Below, piece after piece: positions 19,676-29,750 of a stretch of 64,000 bases of DNA (within the stretch, counting starts at the first letter, position 1; each line of letters opens with the position of its first letter). The DNA is from Gammaproteobacteria bacterium (lineage in GTDB: Bacteria > Pseudomonadota > Gammaproteobacteria > UBA4575). Position numbers and translations under genes: made by a program. The notes beneath the pieces were generated by a model. The model searched no databases and was not told the origin of the DNA. It worked only from the letters and a program-made list of their open reading frames with translations. The stretch lies in contig OZ244982.1 in NCBI GenBank assembly GCA_965223115.1, positions 817,560 through 881,559 on the forward strand, given 5' to 3'.

Positions 19676-21466
19676 ATGAGCAAAGCATACACTCCAATTG
19701 AGCATGCCTATGATGTTGTAGTAGTAGGTGCAGGTGGCGCCGGCTTACGTGCAACATTGGGTATGGCCGTTAGCGGTCTATCTACTGCATGTATTACTAA
19801 AGTTTTTCCTACAAGAAGTCACACAGTGGCTGCACAAGGTGGCATGAGCGCTGCATTAGGTAATATGGGTGAAGATGATTGGCGTTGGCATATGTACGAT
19901 ACTGTTAAAGGATCAGATTGGTTAGGTGATCAAGACGCAATTGAATATATGTGTCGTGAAGCTATTCCTGCAGTAGTTGAGTTAGAGCACTATGGGGTTC
20001 CATTTTCGCGTACTGATGAGGGTAGGATCTATCAGCGTCCCTTCGGTGGTATGACTACACATTTTGGCGAAGGTATTGCCCAGCGAACATGTGCAGCGGC
20101 GGATCGAACAGGGCATGCCATTTTACATACTCTTTACCAGCAATCTTTAAAACATAATGCAGAATTTTTTATCGAGTATTTCGCAACTGATTTGTTAATG
20201 GATGATGATGGTACTTGTAAAGGTGTCATGGCGTGGGATCTCGCTACAGGTGAATTGCATATATATCGTGCACACATGGTGCTGCTTGCTACAGGTGGCT
20301 ATGGACGGACCTATTTCTCATGTACTTCTGCACATACCTGTACTGGTGATGGAAATGCTATGGTGTTACGTGCTGGCTTGCCTTTGCAGGATATGGAGTT
20401 TGTGCAATTCCATCCCACCGGTATCTATGGTGCAGGTTGCTTAATAACAGAAGGTGTGCGTGGGGAAGGGGGCTATTTAACAAATTCTGAAGGCGAGCGC
20501 TTTATGGAGCGCTATGCACCTAATGCGAAAGATTTAGCCTCACGTGATGTAGTCAGTCGTTCCATGACAGTTGAAATTAATGAAGGTCGTGGTATTGGGG
20601 AAGAAAAAGATCATATTCATTTGCATCTTGAGCATTTGGGTGCAGATCTAATTAACGAGAAGCTACCGGGTATTGCTGAATCGGCAAGAATATTCGCTGG
20701 TGTTGATGTCACCAAAGAGCCTATCCCTGTTATTCCGACTGTGCATTACAACATGGGGGGCATCCCAACAAATTTCCATGGTGAAGTGGTTACCTTGAGA
20801 GATGGTGATCCCGATACAGTAATTCCTGGTTTGATGGCAATTGGTGAAGCTGCGTGTGTATCTGTGCATGGTGCCAATCGATTGGGCTCTAATTCACTAT
20901 TAGATTTAATTGTGTTTGGTAGAGCAGCGGCATTACGAACAGCGGAACTGGTCAAACCTAAACAATCACATAGCGAATTAAAAAATGGAGCGATTGATCA
21001 AGCGTTGGATCGCTTTGATAAACTCCGTTATGCCAATGGCAGTATTTCTACTGCAGACTTACGTTTGGAAATGCAAAAGACTATGCAAAATCATGCTGCT
21101 GTGTTTAGAACAGGTGAGTCCATTGAGAAAGGTATGGCTAAACTCAGAGCATTATTTAGTCAGTTAGATGATATCAAAGTATCTGATCACTCTTTGATTT
21201 GGAACACTGATTTAGTTGAAACCATGGAGCTAACAAATTTGATGCCACAGGCTTTAGCGACAGCACAATCTGCGTTAAATCGCGAAGAAAGTCGTGGTGC
21301 ACAAGCACGCGATGATTTCCCAGAACGTGATGATGATAACTGGATGAAGCATTCTTTGGTTTCAGTTAGTGACAATGGTGATGTAAGCATTGATTATCGT
21401 CCTGTACACATGTACACACAAAGCGATGATGTTGAAGTGATTCCACCTAAACCTCGAGTTTATTAA
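19676..21466 (+). CDS. sdhA: Succinate dehydrogenase flavoprotein subunit
   Basis: 596 aa. FAD-binding [13 protein letters not shown], covalent-FAD His region …[10 protein letters not shown]…, C-terminal …[16 protein letters not shown]…. Confidence 0.95.
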   Translation: MSKAYTPIEHAYDVVVVGAGGAGLRATLGMAVSGLSTACITKVFPTRSHTVAAQGGMSAALGNMGEDDWRWHMYDTVKGSDWLGDQDAIEYMCREAIPAVVELEHYGVPFSRTDEGRIYQRPFGGMTTHFGEGIAQRTCAAADRTGHAILHTLYQQSLKHNAEFFIEYFATDLLMDDDGTCKGVMAWDLATGELHIYRAHMVLLATGGYGRTYFSCTSAHTCTGDGNAMVLRAGLPLQDMEFVQFHPTGIYGAGCLITEGVRGEGGYLTNSEGERFMERYAPNAKDLASRDVVSRSMTVEINEGRGIGEEKDHIHLHLEHLGADLINEKLPGIAESARIFAGVDVTKEPIPVIPTVHYNMGGIPTNFHGEVVTLRDGDPDTVIPGLMAIGEAACVSVHGANRLGSNSLLDLIVFGRAAALRTAELVKPKQSHSELKNGAIDQALDRFDKLRYANGSISTADLRLEMQKTMQNHAAVFRTGESIEKGMAKLRALFSQLDDIKVSDHSLIWNTDLVETMELTNLMPQALATAQSALNREESRGAQARDDFPERDDDNWMKHSLVSVSDNGDVSIDYRPVHMYTQSDDVEVIPPKPRVY

Positions 21467-21495
21467 TTAAAGATTTTTTAAAAAGAGAGTTTAAG

Positions 21496-22278
21496 ATGGC
21501 GCAATTTACTCTTCCTGCTAATTCGGTTGTAAAACCAGGGAAAACATTTAAATCTACTACTAACAGCAGCAATATTAAGAAAGTAGTTATTTATCGCTAT
21601 GATCCAGATAGTGGTGAAAATCCTCGTACCGATACATATGAAGTAGACTTAGATACATGTGGCCCCATGGTGCTAGATATACTCATAAAAATTAAGAATG
21701 AAATTGATCCCACTTTAACATTTAGGCGTTCTTGTCGTGAGGGGATTTGTGGTTCGTGCTCAATGAATATTAATGGTTCAAATACACTAGCCTGTACTAA
21801 AGCTATTAGTGACATCAAAGGAGAGCTTAAAATTTATCCCTTGCCACATATGGCAGTAGTGAAAGATCTTGTACCTGATCTTACGAAGTTTTACGCACAA
21901 TATGCATCTGTAAAGCCATGGATGCAATCAGATTCACCTCCACCTCCTGATCGTGAGCGGTTACAGTCCAAAGAAGACCGTGAAAAGTTAGAAGGACTGG
22001 AAGAATGTATCCTTTGTGCATGTTGTTCAACGAGTTGCCCAAGTTATTGGTGGAATAGTGATCGTTATCTGGGTCCAGCTGCATTGTTGCAAGCATATCG
22101 ATGGATAGCGGATAGTCGAGACGAGGCTACAGGTGAACGTTTAGATGAGTTGGAAGACCCCTTTAAGTTATATAGATGTCATACAATTATGAATTGTACT
22201 AATACCTGTCCTAAATCACTAAATCCAGCAAAAGCAATTGCAGAAATAAAAAGATTAATTGTAAAAAGAAGAAACTAG
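21496..22278 (+). CDS. sdhB: Succinate dehydrogenase iron-sulfur subunit
   Basis: 260 aa. Cys clusters for 2Fe-2S (CREGICGSC…C), 4Fe-4S and 3Fe-4S ([12 protein letters not shown]…, [12 protein letters not shown]). Confidence 0.95.
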   Translation: MAQFTLPANSVVKPGKTFKSTTNSSNIKKVVIYRYDPDSGENPRTDTYEVDLDTCGPMVLDILIKIKNEIDPTLTFRRSCREGICGSCSMNINGSNTLACTKAISDIKGELKIYPLPHMAVVKDLVPDLTKFYAQYASVKPWMQSDSPPPPDRERLQSKEDREKLEGLEECILCACCSTSCPSYWWNSDRYLGPAALLQAYRWIADSRDEATGERLDELEDPFKLYRCHTIMNCTNTCPKSLNPAKAIAEIKRLIVKRRN

Positions 22279-22284
22279 TAATCA

Positions 22285-22521
22285 GTGGAAAATCTGCAAA
22301 AACTAGCATGGCGATGTCGTCGTGGTACCAAAGAGCTAGATGTATTAATGCAGATATTTTTAAAAGAGTTTTATCCGTCTGCTAGTGTAGAATTACAGCA
22401 TGCATTTGAAACAATGTTAGACATGCAAGACCCTGAACTTTATGATCTACTTGTTGGTAGACAAAAATCCTTTAATGAAAACATTAATAAAGTGATTGAG
22501 CTTATCTATACCAAATATTAA
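22285..22521 (+). CDS. sdhE: FAD assembly factor SdhE (YgfY/CptB family)
   Basis: 78 aa with the conserved RGxxE motif (…AWRCRRGTKELDVLM…). Immediately downstream of sdhB. Confidence 0.8.
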   Translation: MENLQKLAWRCRRGTKELDVLMQIFLKEFYPSASVELQHAFETMLDMQDPELYDLLVGRQKSFNENINKVIELIYTKY

Positions 22522-22933
22522 CCTTACCTTAAAGCCTTCACAGGTTTTGTTTGCTTGTTTTGCTGTTTTACATGTACTCGCAGCGCTATGTCTTATTTTT
22601 ATATCCGTATCCGTTTGGTACAAGCTTTTTGCGCTAGTATTAGTATTGCTAAATGGAGTTTATACAATTAAGCACTACATATTGCTTAATAACAGCAATT
22701 CAATTGTTAGGATTTCAATATCAGTTATATCAAAACTACATAAGATTGAGTTTAAAGACGGTACAACACACCACGTCCACATAAAAAATGCAGCATGGCT
22801 GTTTAATTACTTTGCGACAATTGTGTTTTACACAAAATCAAAAAGATATAAAAGCATTATAGCAAAAGATACGCTTAGTCAAGAGCAATTTTATGCGCTG
22901 CGTTTATACCTTCGGTCTATTAATTCTTTGTGA
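22496..22933 (+). CDS. YgfX/CptA-like inner-membrane protein
   Basis: 145 aa, two N-terminal TM helices. Overlaps sdhE by 26 nt, the same pairing as E. coli ygfY-ygfX. Confidence 0.45.
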   Translation: MSLSIPNINLTLKPSQVLFACFAVLHVLAALCLIFISVSVWYKLFALVLVLLNGVYTIKHYILLNNSNSIVRISISVISKLHKIEFKDGTTHHVHIKNAAWLFNYFATIVFYTKSKRYKSIIAKDTLSQEQFYALRLYLRSINSL

Positions 22934-23069
22934 TAAGTAAAACAAATTTCACACTATATTAAGTTTGTGAGAAACTTCAATGTAATTATTTTATTGCAAG
23001 AACACTACTAAATAAAATAACAACAATTCTATTGTATGTTTAGTTAATTTTTTTATAACGTAAAAAGGA

Positions 23070-23612
23070 ATGAAAGAAATACTTCATAATAAACGCATAC
23101 TAGCGTCACCTTTGCCTGGTAGTTTTGCTGGGCTAATGGAAATGTATGAAGCAAATTATATTCGCATTCGAAAGTTATGTGGTGCTAAGCAAGAAATGCC
23201 TCTTGTTGCCGTATCGAGAATCTCGTTGGGAATGGATCTATATTTGCAAGTTATTGAACATACTAAATATACAGCAACCATAGCACTTACTTATTATTTT
23301 TCAGATATTAAATATGGGTTTTTGGCTTTCCCAGATCTTAAGGTGCGAGTGTACTATGATGCATTACAAGCTGAAGTGCTAAGTCAGTCATACAGACGTC
23401 TAAATCCAGATTTTTCTGCATTTAATTACCATATCGACCCAACTCTCGTTAAACGTTGGCGTATGAACAGGTTTTTATATAAATGGCTATCCTTCTGTGA
23501 CCATCAAGGTCATTCCTTCTTGATTGCTGACAAACACAGGAGAAATCATCTACTTACTGAAAATGTGGATTTGCCATTGCAGGGATCAGCTACTTCCAGT
23601 ACTATTGTTTAG
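23070..23612 (+). CDS. Hypothetical protein, possibly DUF1249 (YqiB-like)
   Basis: 180 aa with …KYTATIALTYYF… and …LKVRVYYDALQAEVLSQ… segments resembling the DUF1249 core. Family assignment is from memory only. Confidence 0.35.
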   Translation: MKEILHNKRILASPLPGSFAGLMEMYEANYIRIRKLCGAKQEMPLVAVSRISLGMDLYLQVIEHTKYTATIALTYYFSDIKYGFLAFPDLKVRVYYDALQAEVLSQSYRRLNPDFSAFNYHIDPTLVKRWRMNRFLYKWLSFCDHQGHSFLIADKHRRNHLLTENVDLPLQGSATSSTIV

Positions 23613-23788
23613 TGATCAAGTTATCTATATATCATAACTAATTGAAAAATAAGAATAAAAATATTTCCTAGAATTTGGCTTAGTCGACATTTTCTATTAT
23701 CCAGTTGATGTTAAAATAACCATCAAAATACATGGTTACTGGTCGACAAGGCCAAGTTTTTACCATTCAAGGTAGAAGGTGAAAGATT

Positions 23789-24262
23789 ATGAAACTATCA
23801 ACAAAAGCTCGTCATGCTATTACCGCAATGATGGATCTTGCAATTAATGACAAGTATAAGCCTGTAACGTTGGCGGATATCTCGCAGTGCCAAGGCATTT
23901 CATTGTCATATTTAGAACAATTATTTGCCAAGCTACGTAAAGGTGGGTTGGTAGTAGGTGTACGGGGTCCTGGCGGAGGTTACCGTCTTGCTCGATCGCC
24001 TCACGAGATTTCTATTGCACAAGTAATAAGTGCTATTGATGAAAGTGTACAACCACAACCTGAGCATTCAGAGTTATCAATGCAATTTGATGATCGATGT
24101 ATTACTCATATTATTTGGGATGAGCTTAGCGATAAGATTTATAAATATCTGAGTGGAGTATCACTGGGTGAGTTTACTGATAAACCTGAATATCAATTGC
24201 TTAGACAACAAGCGACAGGTGGTAATCGTAGTCATATGTTTGCAAAACGCTCAGCAGCATAA
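23789..24262 (+). CDS. Rrf2-family transcriptional regulator, IscR-like but lacking the Fe-S cluster Cys ligands
   Basis: 157 aa. N-terminal wHTH nearly identical in pattern to IscR (…ADISQCQGISLSYLEQLFAKLRKGGLVVGVRGPGGGYRLAR…). Only one of the three cluster-ligating Cys is retained (…FDDRCITHIIW…). Confidence 0.75.
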   Translation: MKLSTKARHAITAMMDLAINDKYKPVTLADISQCQGISLSYLEQLFAKLRKGGLVVGVRGPGGGYRLARSPHEISIAQVISAIDESVQPQPEHSELSMQFDDRCITHIIWDELSDKIYKYLSGVSLGEFTDKPEYQLLRQQATGGNRSHMFAKRSAA

Positions 24263-24286
24263 GTTTAGTTATTAAGTACTATAAAA

Positions 24287-24312
24287 AAGCCCGCTTTATG
24301 CGGGTTTTTTTT
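24287..24312 (+). terminator. Rho-independent terminator after the Rrf2 regulator gene
   Basis: aagcccgc-tttat-gcgggttt hairpin followed by T8 (…gcgggtttttttt). Confidence 0.75.
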
Positions 24313-24379
24313 GTGTGTTAAATAATAAGTTTGAAAGAAAATATGTTCTTCTGTTAGTATTCTGAACAACCATTCAGGA

Positions 24380-24973
24380 ATGAAAACATTGGCACCACGT
24401 AAATCTCAGATTGATCAAGATGAAGTAATAGACCGTGCAATGCATTTGTTTTGGCAGTACGGATATAAAAAAACTTCGGTTGAAGTTCTTATTAAAAAAG
24501 CAGGCGTAAACAGATTTAATTTATATGAAATATTTGGAGGTAAACATAGCTTATATCTTAAGGTATTAGATAAATATCGTGACGAAGTCTTTCTACAGCG
24601 CATGAAAAAGATTGAAGCGCATGAAGATGGTTTACTAGGTATTCAAGAGTATTTTGAATCACTAAAAGAATTTTTAATAGATACAAAAGGGAATTTCACA
24701 TGCTTAATGATGAATTCTCAAATAGAACTTGTTCCGAAAGATAAGAAAGTTTCAGAAAAAGTTTCTTTCTATTTTAATAAAATGGAGAAAACATTTTTTA
24801 ATGCGTTATTACGTGCTAAAAATTTTGGAACGTTATCAAAAGATACAGATATATGCGATTTGGCTAAATTTTTAACTGGAAGCGCACAAGGCATGTGTGT
24901 AGTAAGCAAATCTGAAAATGCAATAGAATTTTTAAATGCTTATACAAGATCGATATTAAAGTCTCTGAAATAA
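24380..24973 (+). CDS. TetR/AcrR-family transcriptional regulator
   Basis: 197 aa. N-terminal HTH (…LFWQYGYKKTSVEVLIKKAGVNRFNLYEIFGGK…). Confidence 0.7.
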   Translation: MKTLAPRKSQIDQDEVIDRAMHLFWQYGYKKTSVEVLIKKAGVNRFNLYEIFGGKHSLYLKVLDKYRDEVFLQRMKKIEAHEDGLLGIQEYFESLKEFLIDTKGNFTCLMMNSQIELVPKDKKVSEKVSFYFNKMEKTFFNALLRAKNFGTLSKDTDICDLAKFLTGSAQGMCVVSKSENAIEFLNAYTRSILKSLK

Positions 24974-25010
24974 AATACAAATTAGATAAATAAAAAAAAT
25001 AGGAGGAATT

Positions 25011-25868
25011 ATGAAACAAGAAGTAACAGTAGATGGGTTGAAAATCAATATAAATATAGAAGAAAGTGGTAGTGGAGATACCACTTTGCTGATGGTGCAT
25101 GGAATTCCTACGAATGCACGATTATGGAGGCATGTGCAGGCACAACTTCCACAATATCGCACCCTTGCCATGGATATGGTGGGGTACGGGCAGTCTGATA
25201 TGCCATTAGATAAATTTAAGCACTCGTTTATGAATCAAGCAGAGGCAGTGAAAGGTGTTATTGAAGGCCTTGGCTTAAAAGGTAAAGTTATTCTGGTTGC
25301 TCATGATCATGGTGGTGGTGTCGCGCAAGTATTCGCAACTAAATATTGCGACTATATATCTCGACTTGTGTTAATCAATCCAGTTTGTTTCGATCAATGG
25401 CCGGTATGTGAAGTAGAAGCCTTGGCAGGTTTAGATGGCGCACCAGATGAGGTGTTAGAACAAGCGCTAGGACAGGCAGTTGCAGGATTTCCTGCCTTGA
25501 TGCGTATGGGGAGTTATGATGGCGCCCCCTTTACCGATAAAAACTGTAAGCAAAATTATTTGCAGTTTTGGGGTCGAGGTCCGGGTATGACTGGATTTAA
25601 ATCTTTAATTCGTATCGCTGCCGATCCACAAAATTCAGATACCGATGTGGATCACAGCAAAATTACTTGTCCTACCATGGTGATGTGGGGTGTGGCAGAT
25701 AACTTTATGTCATGTACGGCTGCAGAAAAACTAAAAGAAAGGATTTCTGGTCCTACCCGTGTGCAATATTTAGAACGTGCCGGACACTGGGTGCAGGAAG
25801 ATCGCCCGGATGAGGTTGCAAAGTATATTAATGACTTTGTAACAGAATGGGCAGGTGTCAATCTGTAG
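25011..25868 (+). CDS. Alpha/beta-fold hydrolase
   Basis: 285 aa. HG oxyanion motif (…LLMVHGIPTN…), nucleophile elbow (…VAHDHGGGVA…). Has its own RBS (aggagg) nine bases upstream. Confidence 0.7.
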   Translation: MKQEVTVDGLKININIEESGSGDTTLLMVHGIPTNARLWRHVQAQLPQYRTLAMDMVGYGQSDMPLDKFKHSFMNQAEAVKGVIEGLGLKGKVILVAHDHGGGVAQVFATKYCDYISRLVLINPVCFDQWPVCEVEALAGLDGAPDEVLEQALGQAVAGFPALMRMGSYDGAPFTDKNCKQNYLQFWGRGPGMTGFKSLIRIAADPQNSDTDVDHSKITCPTMVMWGVADNFMSCTAAEKLKERISGPTRVQYLERAGHWVQEDRPDEVAKYINDFVTEWAGVNL

Positions 25869-25988
25869 AAGATCTTTTTCGCGTCAATTGCATTATCGAC
25901 TTTTTGAATGCGCATGTGTGGCAGTTCACACTGCGCTTCTAAAAGTCATGACCTTTAGTAATAAAAGATACTTCTAGTTGTAAAAACT

Positions 25989-26966
25989 TTATATCAAGTC
26001 TTTTACGGCATCTCGTTCTTCTAACAACTCTTTTTCGGTTGCTTTGATCATCTCCGAACTGTAATCGTCCATGCTTAGGCCTTGAACTACTTCATAGTTG
26101 CCATTTTTGCATTGAACTGGGAAGGAATACATTAATCCTTTCTCTACACCATAGTTTCCGGTAGAGACAATTCCCATACTGACCCAGTCATCCTCTGGGG
26201 TTCCCAGTACCCAATTACGCATATGATCCATTGCAGCCGAAGCGGCCGAAGCGGCCGAAGAGGCACCACGCGCATTAATCACTTCAGCGCCACGTTTTTG
26301 CACTTTAGGAATAAATTCATTTCGATACCAAGATTCATCAACTAAGGATGCAGCATTTTTGCCATCGACCGTACAATGGCTAATGTCTGGATACTGGGTA
26401 AGAGAATGATTGCCCCATACCGTCATATGTTTAATTTTAGTGACAGCCGTATTTGTTTTTGAGGATAACTGACTGATTGCGCGATTATGATCGAGTCTCA
26501 TCATAGAAGTGAATTGAGTAGGTGATAAGTCTGGTGCATTATTCATGGCTATCAAGGCGTTAGTGTTTGCGGGATTACCCACAATCAGGACTCTAACATC
26601 ACGTGAGGCATGATCATTGATTGCTTTACCTTGCGGTCCGAAAATTTTGCCATTTGCACTGAGTAAATCGCTACGTTCCATTCCTTTAGTTCGTGGGCGA
26701 GAACCAATTAACAATGCATAATCCACATCTTTAAAACCAACATCGATATCTGCAGTAGTCACAATGCCTTCTAATAAAGGGAAAGCACAATCGCGTAACT
26801 CCATTTCTACACCTTGTAATGCTGGCAATGCTGGCTCGATTTCTATCAGCTGTAAAATAATAGGCTGATCAACTCCAAGCATTCCCCCTGCAGCAATACG
26901 AAATGCCGCTGCATAACCAATATTTCCTGCAGCTCCTGTTATGGCAACTCGTACAGTTGGTTTCAT
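25989..26966 (-). CDS. mdh: Malate dehydrogenase (NAD-dependent, cytosolic/Thermus-type)
   Basis: 325 aa. [13 protein letters not shown] Rossmann motif, …[10 protein letters not shown]…, …[21 protein letters not shown]… characteristic of type-2 MDH. Confidence 0.9.
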   Translation of the reverse strand: MKPTVRVAITGAAGNIGYAAAFRIAAGGMLGVDQPIILQLIEIEPALPALQGVEMELRDCAFPLLEGIVTTADIDVGFKDVDYALLIGSRPRTKGMERSDLLSANGKIFGPQGKAINDHASRDVRVLIVGNPANTNALIAMNNAPDLSPTQFTSMMRLDHNRAISQLSSKTNTAVTKIKHMTVWGNHSLTQYPDISHCTVDGKNAASLVDESWYRNEFIPKVQKRGAEVINARGASSAASAASAAMDHMRNWVLGTPEDDWVSMGIVSTGNYGVEKGLMYSFPVQCKNGNYEVVQGLSMDDYSSEMIKATEKELLEERDAVKDLI

Positions 26967-26987
26967 CTTTCCTCCTAAATTTAGTGA

Positions 26988-28088
26988 TTAATGTGGGTTA
27001 TGTTGTTTTTCTAAATATTCATGTGACTGCATTTCAGTTAATCTGCTGGTTGTACGCTTGAACTCATCGCATAGCCGTGAACCGCAATACAATTCCTCAG
27101 GCATTGCTTCAGCAGAAAGGATTAACTTTACATTACGATCATAAAACTCGTCTACTAGATTAATAAATCTTCTTGCTTGATCATCTTTGTTGGCAAATAT
27201 TGGTACATGTGAGATTAATACAGCATTAAATTGTTTAGCAATGTCTATGTAATCAGCCGCACTACGTGGCCCATCACAAATCTCCTTAAAGTCAAACCAA
27301 GCAACATTATTCGTATGTCTGATAGTTTGGATCGGTCTACCATTTATTTCAATTTTTTCCCAAGAGGCGTTACTGCGTTCATTAGCAACGTTAAGAAAGG
27401 CATGTTCTAGCCAATCATGGGATGACACATCTATAGGAGAATTGTACATGTCATTTTTTTGTAAAAATTCAAAGCGATGATCTATTTCCCCATCCAATTC
27501 AATTACTTTAGTGTGTTCTTGTAAGAGCTTTATAGCAGGTAAAAATTTTTCTCTTTGTAAGCCATCTTTATAGAGTAGTGAAGGCTCTACATTCGATGTG
27601 GTAATAAGTACGACATTGTTTTCAAATAAACCTTCCAGTAGACCCGATAAGATCATGGCATCCCCGATATCATTTACATAGAATTCGTCAAAACACAAAA
27701 CTTTTGCTTTAGCAGCAAATTCATCGGCAACCAATTTAAGAGGATCAGGTTTATCGCGATAATTTTTCAACATTTTATGGACATCATCCATAAAACGGTG
27801 AAAATGTAGCCGAATTTTTTTAGAGGTGTGTAAATTCGAAAAAAACAAATCCATTAAGAAAGTTTTACCGCGACCTACACCACCCCAGATGTATAACCCT
27901 TTGATGTAATCAGTATTCGAATTTTTAGCCAATATGGCAACAACTCTATCTATAATAGTGGAATCATCAGGATTGCTAGTATCGAGCTCGTCATATAAAT
28001 CTTGTAGGGCCAGAACAACTTTCTTTTGTTGTACATCTTCCACTAGCTGGTGTTTATGAAGCAGATCTTCGTAGGCTGACGTTATCAT
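26988..28088 (-). CDS. zapE: AFG1-like ATPase / cell division protein ZapE
   Basis: 366 aa. Walker A GGVGRGKTFLMD, Walker B …VLCFDEF…. Confidence 0.8.
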   Translation of the reverse strand: MITSAYEDLLHKHQLVEDVQQKKVVLALQDLYDELDTSNPDDSTIIDRVVAILAKNSNTDYIKGLYIWGGVGRGKTFLMDLFFSNLHTSKKIRLHFHRFMDDVHKMLKNYRDKPDPLKLVADEFAAKAKVLCFDEFYVNDIGDAMILSGLLEGLFENNVVLITTSNVEPSLLYKDGLQREKFLPAIKLLQEHTKVIELDGEIDHRFEFLQKNDMYNSPIDVSSHDWLEHAFLNVANERSNASWEKIEINGRPIQTIRHTNNVAWFDFKEICDGPRSAADYIDIAKQFNAVLISHVPIFANKDDQARRFINLVDEFYDRNVKLILSAEAMPEELYCGSRLCDEFKRTTSRLTEMQSHEYLEKQHNPH

Positions 28089-28517
28089 TAATTCTTGCTT
28101 ATTCTTTTTTAACCCTCATTATCAACTAGTTAGTGACTTCCACAAGTGTGCTTAAAGGTATAGGAGCTGATATTGGATAAAACTCAATAAATTCTTGTAA
28201 TTACGCTGAAAAATTGTGCAGAAATGCTTATTTTTGATTAATTTTTATGCAATGTAGGCAGGGTATTTGGTTTTATCGAAACGTTCTTAATTACTCAAAT
28301 AATTCAAAATGAAATACATCAAAGGAGACTGCTAAATTAAAAAACCTTACTATATCAATATAGTTACGTGAAATAGATGCTATAAATTGTCACAAATGTG
28401 CCAAAAATTGTCGAAATTTCACTAATTTATAGTCCCCCATTAATTTGAAAAATTACTAAGTTGTTGAAAAGACAGTTTTTTGCCTAATTGGCATTAAATG
28501 TGCTTTATATATCGTGA

Positions 28518-28613
28518 GCCTCTCAACATGAAGCAAATATCCTCTATTTGGACATGTTGTTATTCTCGACTCCTCCTGGATTCGGCCGTCTTATTAAGAC
28601 GGCCTTTTTTTTT
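28518..28613 (+). ncRNA. Candidate small RNA (about 95 nt) with its own promoter-like elements and an intrinsic terminator
   Basis: TTGCCT-N17/19-TATATA at 28480-28511, an internal 7-bp stem (caacatg…catgttg, 28524-28560), then the terminator 28584-28613. No plus-strand CDS lies upstream for at least 2.6 kb. Confidence 0.3.
28584..28613 (+). terminator. Strong rho-independent terminator with no upstream plus-strand CDS
   Basis: 10-bp perfect stem ggccgtctta/taagacggcc followed by T9 (28605-28613). Confidence 0.75.
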
Positions 28614-28868
28614 GTTTGTATCCTTTAGTTCATAGATAGACAAGAAAAGGGCAAAACTACCTTGAGCTCCATTCCTAGATATCTATGGTTGATCTTGGTA
28701 TTGATCGTGTCTGACCCTATCGATTCGCTATATAACTCTTAATTATATCGATAAAGCCATTTTTATCGCGCTTTAACACTATTTATTATCCATCGCCTTT
28801 TGTAATTTACGCAAATAGTCAACATCATATCGACTTATATTATTTCTAGGATTTAATCCTATATCATT

Positions 28869-29693
28869 CTATGTTACTAATAAGTTTTTTTCTTGTGAAA
28901 CACCCATATAAGATATTCGAACTAGTATTCCAATAATCTTGCTAGATTTATCATTAAAAACTTTATTCCACACATAATAGTTTTTATTTATAAAGTTATT
29001 CAAATGGGTATTAAGTGAAGCAATTAGCAAATTATCATTAGGAGCAACTAAGAGGTTAAAGTCTGGATTTATTGGTTTGCTCACTTCAATTGCAACTAAT
29101 CCACGGTGTTTTATCTTATTATTCTTGCTAAACGCTACTTTCAATTGATTGCATGCTTTACGGATGTTTTTTTCTAATTTATCTGCTGAATGTATTCTCT
29201 TGCACTCAATGAAAACTGTTTTATCCATGAAGGTAAACGCTGTGTCAGTTGGGGAATTAAAAATAGCAAACAAATATTTATCAGGGTGATAAATTGTTGC
29301 AACGGTGTGAGCTTCAAATAGAAAGTTTCTAGCTTCTTGATTTGAATGTGTTTCATCTATACTAGAATCAGGTCCATTTATTGCCTTTTTTAATTTTTCA
29401 ATTACGCCAGTAAGAGACGATACTTGTTCATTTTTTAGTGATTCGTAAATGCCAATAATTGCCATTGTTTCAAATAGAACATTGACCGCATTGGGGTAAT
29501 TATTTCTAATTTCTTCGCTATTCCACTTGTCATAATTTAGTGTGAAATGTTCAAGATATTCCCCATAACGATCTACTCTCTTGTTATGAATATTTAAACC
29601 TAACTTTTCTAGCCATTTAACTGCTGAAGTATATGTTTTTAACAAACTACTATATGTTTGTGTGTCTATTAAAGATGCGTTAGCTGGTGTCAT
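28869..29693 (-). CDS. Hypothetical protein in the AT-rich island, possible nuclease-like D…ExK segment
   Basis: 274 aa, strongly AT-rich codon usage, no TM or signal peptide. …FMDKTVFIECKR… is weakly reminiscent of a PD-(D/E)xK core. Lies 57 nt downstream of the nucleotidyltransferase gene on the same strand. Confidence 0.35.
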   Translation of the reverse strand: MTPANASLIDTQTYSSLLKTYTSAVKWLEKLGLNIHNKRVDRYGEYLEHFTLNYDKWNSEEIRNNYPNAVNVLFETMAIIGIYESLKNEQVSSLTGVIEKLKKAINGPDSSIDETHSNQEARNFLFEAHTVATIYHPDKYLFAIFNSPTDTAFTFMDKTVFIECKRIHSADKLEKNIRKACNQLKVAFSKNNKIKHRGLVAIEVSKPINPDFNLLVAPNDNLLIASLNTHLNNFINKNYYVWNKVFNDKSSKIIGILVRISYMGVSQEKNLLVT

Positions 29694-29750
29694 TACAATA
29701 TTTATCTAATTTAAGCTTTGGATTATTGGATGAATATATTTTAAATTACT

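Noticed and set aside
26231-26266. Near-perfect 9-bp tandem repeat (gccgaagcg x3) inside mdh
   Set aside because: It encodes the conserved [11 protein letters not shown] segment found in type-2 malate dehydrogenases at exactly this position with the normal length. It is a consequence of the amino-acid repeat, not a slippage-prone insertion.
28375-28435. Direct and inverted short repeats (aaattgtcacaaatg / aaattgtcgaaattt; ctataaatt…aatttatag) in the island's non-coding stretch
   Set aside because: Short, AT-rich and imperfect. Such matches are expected by chance in 25% GC DNA. Noted only as a possible operator if the region proves regulatory.
28527-28628. 33-codon ORF (MKQISSIWTCCYSRLLLDSAVLLRRPFFFVCIL)
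   Set aside because: It reads straight through the terminator hairpin and T-tract and has no RBS. Treated as a chance ORF within a putative sRNA.
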